Shown: positions 14,117 through 23,969 of the stretch, in pieces
How positions within the stretch are numbered: position 1 is the first letter of the stretch
How the letters are laid out: the number at the start of each line of letters is the position of its first letter
Source of the DNA: Sedimentisphaerales bacterium
GTDB taxonomy: Bacteria > Planctomycetota > Phycisphaerae > Sedimentisphaerales > SM23-30
Assembly: GCA_963666285.1 (NCBI GenBank)
Contig: OY762711.1
DNA: 64,000 bases
Direction: 5' to 3' (one strand)
Notes under the pieces: generated by a model
Told to the model about the DNA's origin: nothing
The model's database searches: none
Seen by the model: only the letters and a program-made list of their open reading frames with translations
Program-made: the position numbers and the translations under genes

Positions 14117-15886
14117 ATGGAAAATACTGATAAGACAATGCAGCTGCGAAATGCGTTTCTATGTACTGTACTGACAGCGGTGGCATGTATTGCTGTAGGT
14201 ATATTGCTTATTATTTCAACTATGAACGAACGCAGGGTAAATGTTTTTGAAAATGATAAACTGGAATCGGCCAAAACCCAGCTTCGCGACAATCCAGATG
14301 ATGAAACCCTGCAATGGACTGTTCGTGAACTCGACCGTCAATACCGTCAGGGATACATATATAGCCGTGAGCTGACTGAAAGAGCCAGGTATTTGCTGGT
14401 AGTTTTTCTTTTGGCATTTATTGTTTCGGCCAAGGTTTATATTAACCTGCGAATTGAGCCGGAGGTTCCTGACACAACTCAATGCAAATGTATTGCTGAG
14501 CAGACCAGGCTATATACAAGTTGGGGAATGCTGGGAGTGGTAATAATCTTCTTTGTTGGCTCACTGGTATTTATTATTTCTTCAATGGTGCCCGGACAAT
14601 TGCCAGAAAACCGGGATGTTGCAGGTAAAGCTCATGTAGAAACAAATTCAGATTCTGATATTGAAACTGCGGCATCGCAGTTCGCTTCCGTAGATGAACT
14701 TAAACAAAACTGGCATAGATTCCGCGGCTTTGGTGGAACTGGAACAGCTAATTATACTAATATTCCTCTTGAAATTGATCCGGCTGGCGGCAAAAACATC
14801 CTCTGGAAGTTCGAACCTGAATTACCTGGATTTAATTCAATTATTATTTTCGGTGACAAATTCTTTTATGCCGGTGCCAACGAATTAAATCGTAAAGTAT
14901 ATTGTCACAATCTCGAAGATGGAAAATTATTATGGTCGGCTGATGTAAAAGTATCTGGGGACAATTCTGATACTGTTCCGGAAGTTATGGATGATACCGG
15001 GCTGGCGGCATGTACTATGGCTACAGATGGATATCGAGTTTATTCCATTTTTGCTAACGGTGATCTTGCCTGTCATGATTTTGATGGCAAGGAAATCTGG
15101 GCCATGAACCTGGGAATTCCGGAAAGCTCCTATGGTTTTGCTGCTTCTCTTGATGTCTGGCATGATAATGTTCTGGTTCAATATGACAGCGGATTTGACC
15201 CGGATTCCCCGCTGGCTAAAATGATATCTGTTGATGGACCAACAGGAAAAGTTGACTGGCAGCAGTCTCGTCCTGTTATTAACAGCTGGACTTCGCCTAT
15301 TGTCGATTATACCGGCGGTAAATGGCAGTGTATTACCGTTTCTGCTCCGTGGGCTATCAGTTACGATCCGGCCAGTGGCAAGGAGCTGTGGCGGTTTGGG
15401 GAATTGCATGGTGATACCGCACCATCTCCGGTTGTTTATAAGGATATGACTTTTATCCAGATTCCTTATGAGTCTATTGCTGCTGTCAATACCACTCTGG
15501 ATGGCGATATAAGTGAAACTGGAATCTTATGGACGGGCAGCGATGGAATTCCTGATGCTACCACTCCTGCATTATACAATGGTAAATTATGGCTTCTCGA
15601 TTCTTATGGCACTATCACTTGTTATAATATTGAAGATGGCTCCGTAATATATTCTGATAGCATTGATGGGGAATATTATAGTTCACCATCAATAGTTGGT
15701 GACAAATTGATATGCTTTAGTCTGGCCGGTAATGGTAAATATTCTGTTTTAGGTACTGGCGAAACTTTTGAATTGCTATATGAAGCTGAGTTTGGTGAAA
15801 AAATAGGTACCAGCCCGGCTTTTGCTGATGGTAAGATGATTATCAGGGGTGTCGAAAATATTTATTGTATTGGAGAAAAGAAATGA
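14117..15886 (+). CDS. Membrane-anchored PQQ-like beta-propeller protein (BamB-like repeats)
   Basis: Three N-terminal hydrophobic segments, WHRFRG, repeated GK..W blade motifs and SPAFADGKMIIRG. Confidence 0.85.
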   Translation: MENTDKTMQLRNAFLCTVLTAVACIAVGILLIISTMNERRVNVFENDKLESAKTQLRDNPDDETLQWTVRELDRQYRQGYIYSRELTERARYLLVVFLLAFIVSAKVYINLRIEPEVPDTTQCKCIAEQTRLYTSWGMLGVVIIFFVGSLVFIISSMVPGQLPENRDVAGKAHVETNSDSDIETAASQFASVDELKQNWHRFRGFGGTGTANYTNIPLEIDPAGGKNILWKFEPELPGFNSIIIFGDKFFYAGANELNRKVYCHNLEDGKLLWSADVKVSGDNSDTVPEVMDDTGLAACTMATDGYRVYSIFANGDLACHDFDGKEIWAMNLGIPESSYGFAASLDVWHDNVLVQYDSGFDPDSPLAKMISVDGPTGKVDWQQSRPVINSWTSPIVDYTGGKWQCITVSAPWAISYDPASGKELWRFGELHGDTAPSPVVYKDMTFIQIPYESIAAVNTTLDGDISETGILWTGSDGIPDATTPALYNGKLWLLDSYGTITCYNIEDGSVIYSDSIDGEYYSSPSIVGDKLICFSLAGNGKYSVLGTGETFELLYEAEFGEKIGTSPAFADGKMIIRGVENIYCIGEKK

Positions 15887-16137
15887 CTATTGCTGCTGCC
15901 AGAAAATTTATAGTGAAAGCTTCACGAGAGCCTGAGTGGGTACAGATGTTGAATACCTCAGAGTCAGCCTCTGAACTTAATAGCAAGCTGGCAGATGCGG
16001 ATCTCGTATTTTCCTATGTGGAATTTGATGAGGCATATAATAACATTCTGACTAAATGCCAGTTTCATGCACAAGCTGATGCTTTAGAGCAAATCAGAAA
16101 CTGGTACGACTTGCTGCTGATGTCATTTAATGAGTAA
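15883..16137 (+). CDS. Small protein with Nif11-leader-like N-terminus
   Basis: ATGA overlap with the upstream stop; MTIAAARKFIVKASREPEW...LVFSYVEF resembles the Nif11 leader pattern. Confidence 0.55.
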   Translation: MTIAAARKFIVKASREPEWVQMLNTSESASELNSKLADADLVFSYVEFDEAYNNILTKCQFHAQADALEQIRNWYDLLLMSFNE

Positions 16138-16924
16138 TCTTTTCTATATCTAATATTTTGCCGGTGTTTTCAGCTGTGATCTTGTATCCTGGCGGTATTA
16201 TTAAAAATTCTTTATCAGGCCAGATTCCACTAACCAGATTTTTCAAAATTGTAATTGAACCTTTAACAAGCATGAATTCCAGCCCTTTCTGGTGTGCCTC
16301 TTTTTGGGCCAGTTCTATATATTTCTGATCTATTTTGAGACCCATATCGATATATGCTAAATATTGATATTTTTCTGTCCAGTTGCCCATAGTCTCCATT
16401 ATATAATCTGCGTTTGCTTCACCATATTTTTCAATATATTCCTGTCGGTTGAAATTCAGGCCAAGCTGGGTCATTACAGAATCCTCTGGGCTATAATCCC
16501 TTTCAGTCCAGCCGCTCGTTCTATAGTAAGTACCCGGATGAGTATCAAAGAATTCTTTGTACTTGTCACAACCGCCAAAAAAAATACCTATACAGTCATG
16601 TGAACGGGGGATAACAAGAGGGTAATGATCGGTATATAACCCTGTAAGACCATCATTGCACCGGGCATATGCCAGCAGTATTGCTTCGTATGTATCTGGC
16701 TCTGTATTGTTGACTGCTTCCTGTATCGTTGCCAGCATTTCTTTTGTTTCGATATCGTGCAGCCCCTTGCGAAGAAATTCAATGTCGATCAGGTGATCTG
16801 ATTCGGATACGAGTTTACATATTTCCCGGTAAAATATCTCACAGGCAATCAATTTATACCGTTTTTGCCCTTCGGGTTTTAGCGGCTTGTTGTTGTCACT
16901 TATTCTATCATCGTTATTTTGCAT
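16127..16924 (-). CDS. DUF1638 domain protein
   Basis: LIACEIFYRE, GLH, YARC.G, IPRSHDCIGIF and GTYY motifs; start taken at MQNNDD. Confidence 0.8.
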   Translation of the reverse strand: MQNNDDRISDNNKPLKPEGQKRYKLIACEIFYREICKLVSESDHLIDIEFLRKGLHDIETKEMLATIQEAVNNTEPDTYEAILLAYARCNDGLTGLYTDHYPLVIPRSHDCIGIFFGGCDKYKEFFDTHPGTYYRTSGWTERDYSPEDSVMTQLGLNFNRQEYIEKYGEANADYIMETMGNWTEKYQYLAYIDMGLKIDQKYIELAQKEAHQKGLEFMLVKGSITILKNLVSGIWPDKEFLIIPPGYKITAENTGKILDIEKITH

Positions 16925-17012
16925 ATATTTATAGTATCTTTCGCATGCGTGTAATGTCGAACACGCAAAAGTGCGATACCGCATTTATATGAGTCGAATT
17001 GTTTTTATCCTG

Positions 17013-20000
17013 TTAGCGATCCTCTTCTTCATCTTCGTATTCTTCTTCGTCCTCATCCTCATCGAGGTAAGTTACCGCATCAATGAATTCCTCATCATCT
17101 TCATCATCTTCTTCTTCATATTCCTCTTCCTCGTCGTATTCCTCGTCTTCTTCTACATATTCATATTCTTCTTCGTCCTCATCTTCATCTTCTTCGTATT
17201 CGATCTCGTCTTCTGGCTCTTCTTCTATTTCGTCTTCTATTTCTTCATATTCTACTTCATCGACAGGATCGGGTTCCGGTTCCTCTTCTTCTATTTCGTC
17301 AGTACTCGCAGTACACTGATTATCGACTTCTACTCCTTCTCTTAGTTTCAGGCTTACAGCATTTGGCACTATCTGGCCATCAGTCGTTTTTGCGATATTA
17401 TCTGATCCTGGAACAGGCTTGGTCTCTTGAATCGGCGTATCTTCATCAAGCTCTATGGTAGGCTGGGTCGGATCGGTAATATGCTCAACCTTTATTTCCA
17501 GATCATCTGGTTTTTGCTGCATATCCTGATAACCGTTAATAGCATCTATTTCCATTTGACGTTTGATGGATTCATATTCTTGAAGAGTCATTAGCACTTC
17601 ACGAGCTTGTGAACCTTTATATTCTCCAACTAGTCCTGCCTCGGCCATCTGATCAATCAAACGACTGGCACGGCCATAACCGATAGAGAATTGTCTCTGT
17701 AGCAGAGATACACTTCCACGTTTGGTTTGCAGTATAATCTTTACTGCTTCATCAAACAATTCATCACGTTGCGAAGCATCACCTTGAAGTTTATTTAACT
17801 GCATCAGCTCGGCACTGTATGATGGCTGCGATACTTCTTTCAGATGTGTAGTTATCCTGTTTATCTCATCGTCACTTATATAAGCACCCTGGCAGCGTGT
17901 CAGATCACTTGTACCTGGCTTAAGGAATAGCATATCTCCCTGGCCAAGTAATGTCTCGGCACCGTTAGTGTCAAGTACAATTCGGCTGTCCATTTTTGCT
18001 GCCACGCGGAAACTGATACGGGCAGGCATATTACTCTTAATCAAGCCGGTAACTACCGTAGCCTGTGGTCTCTGGGTCGCCAGGATAAGATGAATGCCTA
18101 CAGCACGGCTCTTTTGTGCCAGTCTCACAATGTAGCTTTCAACTTCCTTGGCTGACGTCATCATTAAGTCGGCTAATTCGTCGATTATTACAACCAGATA
18201 CGGCAGTTTTGTTGGTGTTCGTACTTGCTGTTCTTCCGTTTCTGCTCCCATCCGTTCATATATTTCTTCTTCTGTCAGTTTATTAAAGCCGACAATATTT
18301 CTAACTTTTGCCTGGGCCAGTAATGAATATCTCTCATCCATCTTATTGGTTAGCCATTCAAGAATCTGTTCTGCGCGTTTCATCTCAGTCACAATAGGAC
18401 ACATGAGGTGAGCAAGGTTAGCAAAAGCGTTCATTTCAACCATTTTCGGGTCAACCAGTATTAGTTTGACCATATCAGGTCTTTGGGTAAGCAGGATACT
18501 TACAATGATTGAGTTAATACACACACTCTTACCGCTACCGGTTGTACCTGCAATTAAACAGTGTGGCATAGCGGCAAGATCTGTTACCAGTGGGGCTCCG
18601 GTAGCGTCTTTGCCTAAAAACAACGGTATTTGCATCTTGCCGGGTTTATCACCGGCCAGCTGCAATAGTTCTTTGATTCGGACAGTCTCTTTCTGACTGT
18701 TTGGCGCTTCAATACCGATTGTCTGTTTACCGGGAATCGGTGCTACTACTCGAATGGTAGGGGCGCCCAGTGCCCTTGCTATGTCATACTGCAGGCGTGA
18801 TATCTGCGAGACCTTTGTGCCTGGAGCCAGTTTAAGCTCGAACATTGTAATAACCGGACCGGTCTCTGTAGCTACTACTTCCGTTTCTACCCGGAACTCA
18901 CGTAATGAGGTTTCTAGTATTTTTGCTCGCTTTTTAACCGATTTTGCAAGTATCTCATCATAGCCATATACCGGCTCGTCAAGCAGTTCTGCTGGGGGAT
19001 ACTGATACTTGGAATAGTCCGCTGTTTCACCAGCACCGGCAAGAGAAGGGGTGCTGGCTTTCTGGCCAAGCATACGAGCCAGTGCTGATACTGTTGGCCC
19101 GGTAAATTCCTTCATCTGTTTCTGCCGTTCTTCGTGACCGGCTTTTTCCTCTGCTATTTGCTCCTCTACTGTTGGCTCAATAGCAGCTTCATCATCAGTA
19201 ATGTCATCATATTCATCTTCATATTCCAGTTCGTCGTCTTCATCCGCTTCTTCTTCATCCTCTTCGCTTTCGCCATCCTCTACGTCAACATATTCATATT
19301 CGTATTCATACTCTTCGTCATCTGCCAAATCATCATCAACCTCAGTTTCATCGGCAGGTATTTCTTCAAGTAGCTCTTCTGGTAATTCATCACTGTAGCC
19401 TTCAAATTCGTTTTTCTTTTTCTTTTTAGAATTTTTAGGTGGTTCTGCCACTGCGGCACTGCTTCCCTTGGATTGCTTGTATATTTCGTAATTACTTGAA
19501 GGTTTGGATTGTTTCTGTCCACGCGAAATGGCCTTTTTACCAATAGAACCTGCTGTAGCCAGGATTGGACCGGCAACCCGGGTTTGATCAACAATATATA
19601 ACAGGAGTTTGGGCAGCATTAGCACCAGGTTGTCAGCAGCTAGCAGTAAACCGACAATAAATGTGGCACCAACGATAAATACTGCGCCTCCCATAGCGGT
19701 ATACGTAAGTAAAAAATGACCTGCTGCAATACCCAGTATTCCTCCATTACCGCAGCTTAATGACATCTCATCGCCGGGATTATATAAATATTTGCCCGCA
19801 GATACGGCTAAACAGATTAGTAATATTCCAATCCAGCGGAGAAACAGCTGTTCGACCGGCTTTTTCATACTGTACATTACCAGGAGCACGCAGCTGCTGA
19901 TTAGCATAACTAAAAAGCCCGGGCCAAAATAATAATTAGCTTTGTATGCAAGCCAGGCACCAACTCTTCCACAGGGATTTTGCGGCTCTATCGAATTTGC

Positions 20001-20162
20001 CAGATAATAATCTGCCTGGTTGTGCAGTTGATATGTGGGGGCGACATCAGGATTTGGCCAATCATAGACACTATAGCCAAACAGACTGATTATTGTAAAA
20101 ATACAGATAACCAGCCCCAGAAAACTCAGTGCTATCCGGTTTATATAGCGTGTCTCCGACAT
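17013..20162 (-). CDS. ftsK: DNA translocase FtsK with two acidic low-complexity tracts
   Basis: N-terminal TM domain, PHCLIAGTTGSGKSV, DELADLMM, ATQRP and gamma domain GSVSLLQRQFSIGYGRASRLID. Confidence 0.96.
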   Translation of the reverse strand: MSETRYINRIALSFLGLVICIFTIISLFGYSVYDWPNPDVAPTYQLHNQADYYLANSIEPQNPCGRVGAWLAYKANYYFGPGFLVMLISSCVLLVMYSMKKPVEQLFLRWIGILLICLAVSAGKYLYNPGDEMSLSCGNGGILGIAAGHFLLTYTAMGGAVFIVGATFIVGLLLAADNLVLMLPKLLLYIVDQTRVAGPILATAGSIGKKAISRGQKQSKPSSNYEIYKQSKGSSAAVAEPPKNSKKKKKNEFEGYSDELPEELLEEIPADETEVDDDLADDEEYEYEYEYVDVEDGESEEDEEEADEDDELEYEDEYDDITDDEAAIEPTVEEQIAEEKAGHEERQKQMKEFTGPTVSALARMLGQKASTPSLAGAGETADYSKYQYPPAELLDEPVYGYDEILAKSVKKRAKILETSLREFRVETEVVATETGPVITMFELKLAPGTKVSQISRLQYDIARALGAPTIRVVAPIPGKQTIGIEAPNSQKETVRIKELLQLAGDKPGKMQIPLFLGKDATGAPLVTDLAAMPHCLIAGTTGSGKSVCINSIIVSILLTQRPDMVKLILVDPKMVEMNAFANLAHLMCPIVTEMKRAEQILEWLTNKMDERYSLLAQAKVRNIVGFNKLTEEEIYERMGAETEEQQVRTPTKLPYLVVIIDELADLMMTSAKEVESYIVRLAQKSRAVGIHLILATQRPQATVVTGLIKSNMPARISFRVAAKMDSRIVLDTNGAETLLGQGDMLFLKPGTSDLTRCQGAYISDDEINRITTHLKEVSQPSYSAELMQLNKLQGDASQRDELFDEAVKIILQTKRGSVSLLQRQFSIGYGRASRLIDQMAEAGLVGEYKGSQAREVLMTLQEYESIKRQMEIDAINGYQDMQQKPDDLEIKVEHITDPTQPTIELDEDTPIQETKPVPGSDNIAKTTDGQIVPNAVSLKLREGVEVDNQCTASTDEIEEEEPEPDPVDEVEYEEIEDEIEEEPEDEIEYEEDEDEDEEEYEYVEEDEEYDEEEEYEEEDDEDDEEFIDAVTYLDEDEDEEEYEDEEEDR

Positions 20163-20591
20163 ACTAGTAAATTACCTTTCGTAAGTGATTATTATAAAAA
20201 GCTTTACATTCTTGGTTAGCTGGACGGCAAAGCCGGTAGGCCCTGTTTGTTTCCAACTCTATTAAATATCGGAACTTATGGTGTTTTTTCTCCAGTTTTT
20301 CCAACTTTTTTAGCTGCTTTCTTTTTCATATTAAATCATTGCCGATTATTGATTTTGTGGTGACAAAATGGATATTGATATAGTGAAAAAACAATACTTT
20401 GACAACTTATCGGATTTAGTATTGCGGTTCTAAAAACTTGTATTGCTAATTTGATTTTGAAAAATATTTTGGCTCTAATTATTCCCTGTCTGCGGGTAAT
20501 ACTTATGAGTATATGAAATCATGATTATCGATTTTACCCGCTGTGCAGCCCAAGCACTTTTTATTGTCTTTTTAACCACAAAGGAAATTGT

Positions 20592-22829
20592 ATGAAAATC
20601 AAATTGTCTGGCATGTTATTTTTATTCATTGTAATGTTATCTGTAAATTCCTATGGTGCAATGTCTTCTGCTGATATTGATCTCAAGGTTAAGGTTTTAA
20701 TTGATAAAATGACCCTTGAGGAAAAAGTCGGCCAGATGACTCAACTAACCGTGGAAACTATGCAAAAGCAGGGAATGGATGAATTTACTGTCGATATAGA
20801 GAAAGTCAGGAAATTTGTAAAAGACAACCATGTCGGCTCTGTCTTGAATTGTGGCGGCCAGGCAAACCATATTGATACCTGGCTTAAGATGATAAATACT
20901 ATTCAGAATGTTGCCACCAAAGAAACCAGGTTAAAAATTCCTGTTCTTTACGGTGTTGATTCAATACACGGCGCAAATTACATTCTTGAAGGCACTTTAT
21001 TTCCCCAGGCGATTGCCATGGGGGCGACAGGTGAACCTTCTCTTGTAAAACGTGGTGCAGAAATTACCGCTATGGAAACCCGTGCTATTGGTATTCCATG
21101 GAATTTTAACCCTGTACTTGGGGTTGGTCGTCATCCTATGTGGTCACGCCTCTGGGAAACTTTTGGGGAAGATACTTATATAGTTAAAACTATGGGCCGG
21201 GCATATATTGAGGGACTTCAAGGCGACGATATCTCTTCTGTCGATCGGGTTGCCGGCTGTATGAAGCATTATTTGGGCTACAGCATACCCAGGGGCGGGC
21301 GCGACCGAACTCCCGCCTGGATACCTGATCGAGAATTACGTGAAATCTTTGTCCCTCCTTTCCAGGCCGCTGTTGATGCCGGTGTTGTTACCGTTATGGT
21401 AAATTCAAGCGAAATAAATGGTAGCCCGGTTCATGCCAGTCCATATTATCTTAAAATGTTGTTACGCGATGAACTCGGTTTTGAAGGCCTGGTTGTTACC
21501 GATTGGGAAGATATCAATAATCTATACACTCGCGAAATGGTAGCTCCGGACCAGCGAACTGCTGTGAAAATGGCAGTTATGGCAGGCGTAGATATGAGTA
21601 TGGTGCCTTACGATGTGAGCTTCTACAATCATCTTATAGACCTGGTAAAAACTGGTGAAGTACCTGTGTCCAGGATTTATGAGGCTGTAAGTAGTATTCT
21701 ATACGTCAAATACAAACTAGGTTTGTTTGAAAATGCCTATCCGCCAAAAGGACAGGCGCAAAAGATTGGTTCTGACAGCAGTTGGAATGATAGCTACAAG
21801 GCTGCTCAGAAGGCTATGACGTTGTTAAAAAATGATGATAATGTTTTACCGCTTTCAAAAAAAACAAAAGTTCTTGTTGTTGGACCTACTGCAAACTTAC
21901 TGAAGGTTTTGAATGGCGGTTGGACTTATGTCTGGCAGGGAGACAGGGAGGATCTTTATCCGAAAGACAAAAAGACCATCCTTGAAGCATTAACTGACAA
22001 AATAGGATCTTCAAATGTTACCTATGTCGAGGGTGTTAGCTATGATAAGTATATAAACCTGGAGGATGCTGTCAAAGCTTCAGCTAATTGCGATGTAATA
22101 ATTGCGTGTCTGGGAGAAATGACATATTGTGAAGGTATGGGCAATATTTTTGACCTGACCCTGCCTGAACCGCAATTGAATCTGGTGCAAACTCTCGCTA
22201 AAACGGGTAAGCCTGTTGTTCTTGTTCTTGCCGAAGGACGCCCGCGTGTTATTCGAGAAATTGAACCTCTAGCTAAAGGTATTCTTATGGCGTATCTGCC
22301 TGGCCTGGAAGGTGGCCCGGCCATAGCAGATGTTCTGTTTGGTGACTATAATCCGGGTGGTAGGCTGCCGTATACCTATCCAAAGTATGCCGGCGGCTTT
22401 GAATGGTATGATTTCAAAAAGAGTTCCTTTCCTGACGGTAAACAATCTCAGGCCCAATGGATCTTTGGGCATGGTTTGTCATACACCAGCTTTGAATATT
22501 CAAACTTGAAGCTTTCGGCTGATAAAATGGCTCTGGATTCGCTTGATAAAATTTTTGTATCTGTTGATGTGAAAAATTCAGGTAAAATCGCTGGTGATGA
22601 AATTGTTCAGCTCTACCTCTCAGATGTAGTAGCGTCAATTACACCGCCAAATAAACGTCTGAAAGGTTTTCAGCGTATTTCGCTTCAGCCGGGCCAGACC
22701 GGGACAGTTAAATTTGTGCTCGAACGTGCAGAATTTTCATTTATTGATCATGAAAGCCGACCTGCAATTGAAAAAGGTAAGTTCATTGTAAAGATTGGAG
22801 ATTTACAAAAAGATTTCTGGCTTGAATAA
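20592..22829 (+). CDS. Glycoside hydrolase family 3 beta-glucosidase (BglX-like), secreted
   Basis: Signal peptide, MTLEEKVGQMTQ, KHY, VVTDW nucleophile region and C-terminal Fn3-like domain. Confidence 0.93.
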   Translation: MKIKLSGMLFLFIVMLSVNSYGAMSSADIDLKVKVLIDKMTLEEKVGQMTQLTVETMQKQGMDEFTVDIEKVRKFVKDNHVGSVLNCGGQANHIDTWLKMINTIQNVATKETRLKIPVLYGVDSIHGANYILEGTLFPQAIAMGATGEPSLVKRGAEITAMETRAIGIPWNFNPVLGVGRHPMWSRLWETFGEDTYIVKTMGRAYIEGLQGDDISSVDRVAGCMKHYLGYSIPRGGRDRTPAWIPDRELREIFVPPFQAAVDAGVVTVMVNSSEINGSPVHASPYYLKMLLRDELGFEGLVVTDWEDINNLYTREMVAPDQRTAVKMAVMAGVDMSMVPYDVSFYNHLIDLVKTGEVPVSRIYEAVSSILYVKYKLGLFENAYPPKGQAQKIGSDSSWNDSYKAAQKAMTLLKNDDNVLPLSKKTKVLVVGPTANLLKVLNGGWTYVWQGDREDLYPKDKKTILEALTDKIGSSNVTYVEGVSYDKYINLEDAVKASANCDVIIACLGEMTYCEGMGNIFDLTLPEPQLNLVQTLAKTGKPVVLVLAEGRPRVIREIEPLAKGILMAYLPGLEGGPAIADVLFGDYNPGGRLPYTYPKYAGGFEWYDFKKSSFPDGKQSQAQWIFGHGLSYTSFEYSNLKLSADKMALDSLDKIFVSVDVKNSGKIAGDEIVQLYLSDVVASITPPNKRLKGFQRISLQPGQTGTVKFVLERAEFSFIDHESRPAIEKGKFIVKIGDLQKDFWLE

Positions 22830-22862
22830 TATATTGCAGCTTGAAGAAAATATATTTCTGGG

Positions 22863-22900
22863 AAAGGGCGGATAGCACAAAGTCGTTATTCGCCTTTATC
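22863..22900. terminator. Probable bidirectional terminator
   Basis: aaagggcggatagc...gttattcgccttt between convergent genes. Confidence 0.55.
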
Positions 22901-22909
22901 TTTGTTGGC

Positions 22910-23818
22910 TTAGTAATCCAGCGGTAGGAAGTAGGTGCCTGGTCCTAGGCCGTCTATGTATGGAACCGTTCCGTCTTGTGACAGAGATACTTTTATCTGA
23001 AATGTTTCTTTGGGGCTGTAAGATTTTACGCTTCCATTTATATATGCTGCATTCAGTGTTATTTCTGGCATTGTCTCTTGGGCATAGGTTTCATTGCTTG
23101 CCCAATATGAAGACAGAAGCCATGTCTCAGGCACCAGGGTTGAAGATTTGAATTTCTCACAGCTGCCGTATGTGCCGGGACTTCGCCAGTGATCGTAACC
23201 CATGTAGTCGCAGGCTAACAGCTTGCTGCGTTTACGGTTACCTGAAAGATTACCAGGGCCGTAGTACGGTCTTCCGTTGGCAACCTGGTACCCTGTATAA
23301 TTCCAGAAATAGCAAAAAGTACCGCCAAGCGGGTCTGTGTCCAATATGGTGTCAGGGTTATTCCAGCTGTCTCCGGCTTCCCAGGCTTCATCCAGATACT
23401 GGTAGGGAGGTTTAGGTGAATTTGCACAGTACATTGTACTGGCATCGGTAATATAATTGCCTAAATATTCACTTATCGCTCGGTGTTTGGCCGGACCATC
23501 CATATTATTACCAATCAACTTGGTCGGTTCTGCCCAGTTCCAGCTGCTACCATATCCTACTGTTGCGATTGAAGATGGGCATCGATCGTGGTTGTCGCCG
23601 CCATACATTGTTACCGATGTACTTATTGTGCGTTGATTGGCAATATTTATTACCGTTCGTGCTTTATATCTAACTTTTGAATAAACCGGGAGCAATATAC
23701 TTAGCAGCAAAGTAATGATAGCTATAGAAACCAGCAGCTCTACCAGTGTAAAACCTGAATATGTATTTCGGAAGAACTCGTTCTGGCATTTATTTTTGTT
23801 GTATTTATTACTGCCCAT
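22910..23818 (-). CDS. Prepilin-type N-terminal cleavage/methylation domain protein
   Basis: GFTLVELLVSIAIITLLLSILLP; C-terminal NAAYINGSV variant of the DG motif. Confidence 0.88.
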   Translation of the reverse strand: MGSNKYNKNKCQNEFFRNTYSGFTLVELLVSIAIITLLLSILLPVYSKVRYKARTVINIANQRTISTSVTMYGGDNHDRCPSSIATVGYGSSWNWAEPTKLIGNNMDGPAKHRAISEYLGNYITDASTMYCANSPKPPYQYLDEAWEAGDSWNNPDTILDTDPLGGTFCYFWNYTGYQVANGRPYYGPGNLSGNRKRSKLLACDYMGYDHWRSPGTYGSCEKFKSSTLVPETWLLSSYWASNETYAQETMPEITLNAAYINGSVKSYSPKETFQIKVSLSQDGTVPYIDGLGPGTYFLPLDY

Positions 23819-23969
23819 AGGTTATATCATGCAGACTGCCATACTTCAGTCAGAGAAATTATTCAGAAATTTCAACAAAAATGATCAAATATATTCATTT
23901 TAATTATATATCAATAAATGCCAGATATACAATATTATTTTTTATAAAAACATGAAGTGCGAATTGTTA

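Noticed and set aside
16971..19398. Ser-rich and Phe/Ile-rich plus-strand ORFs
   Set aside because: They are antisense readings of the FtsK acidic tracts.
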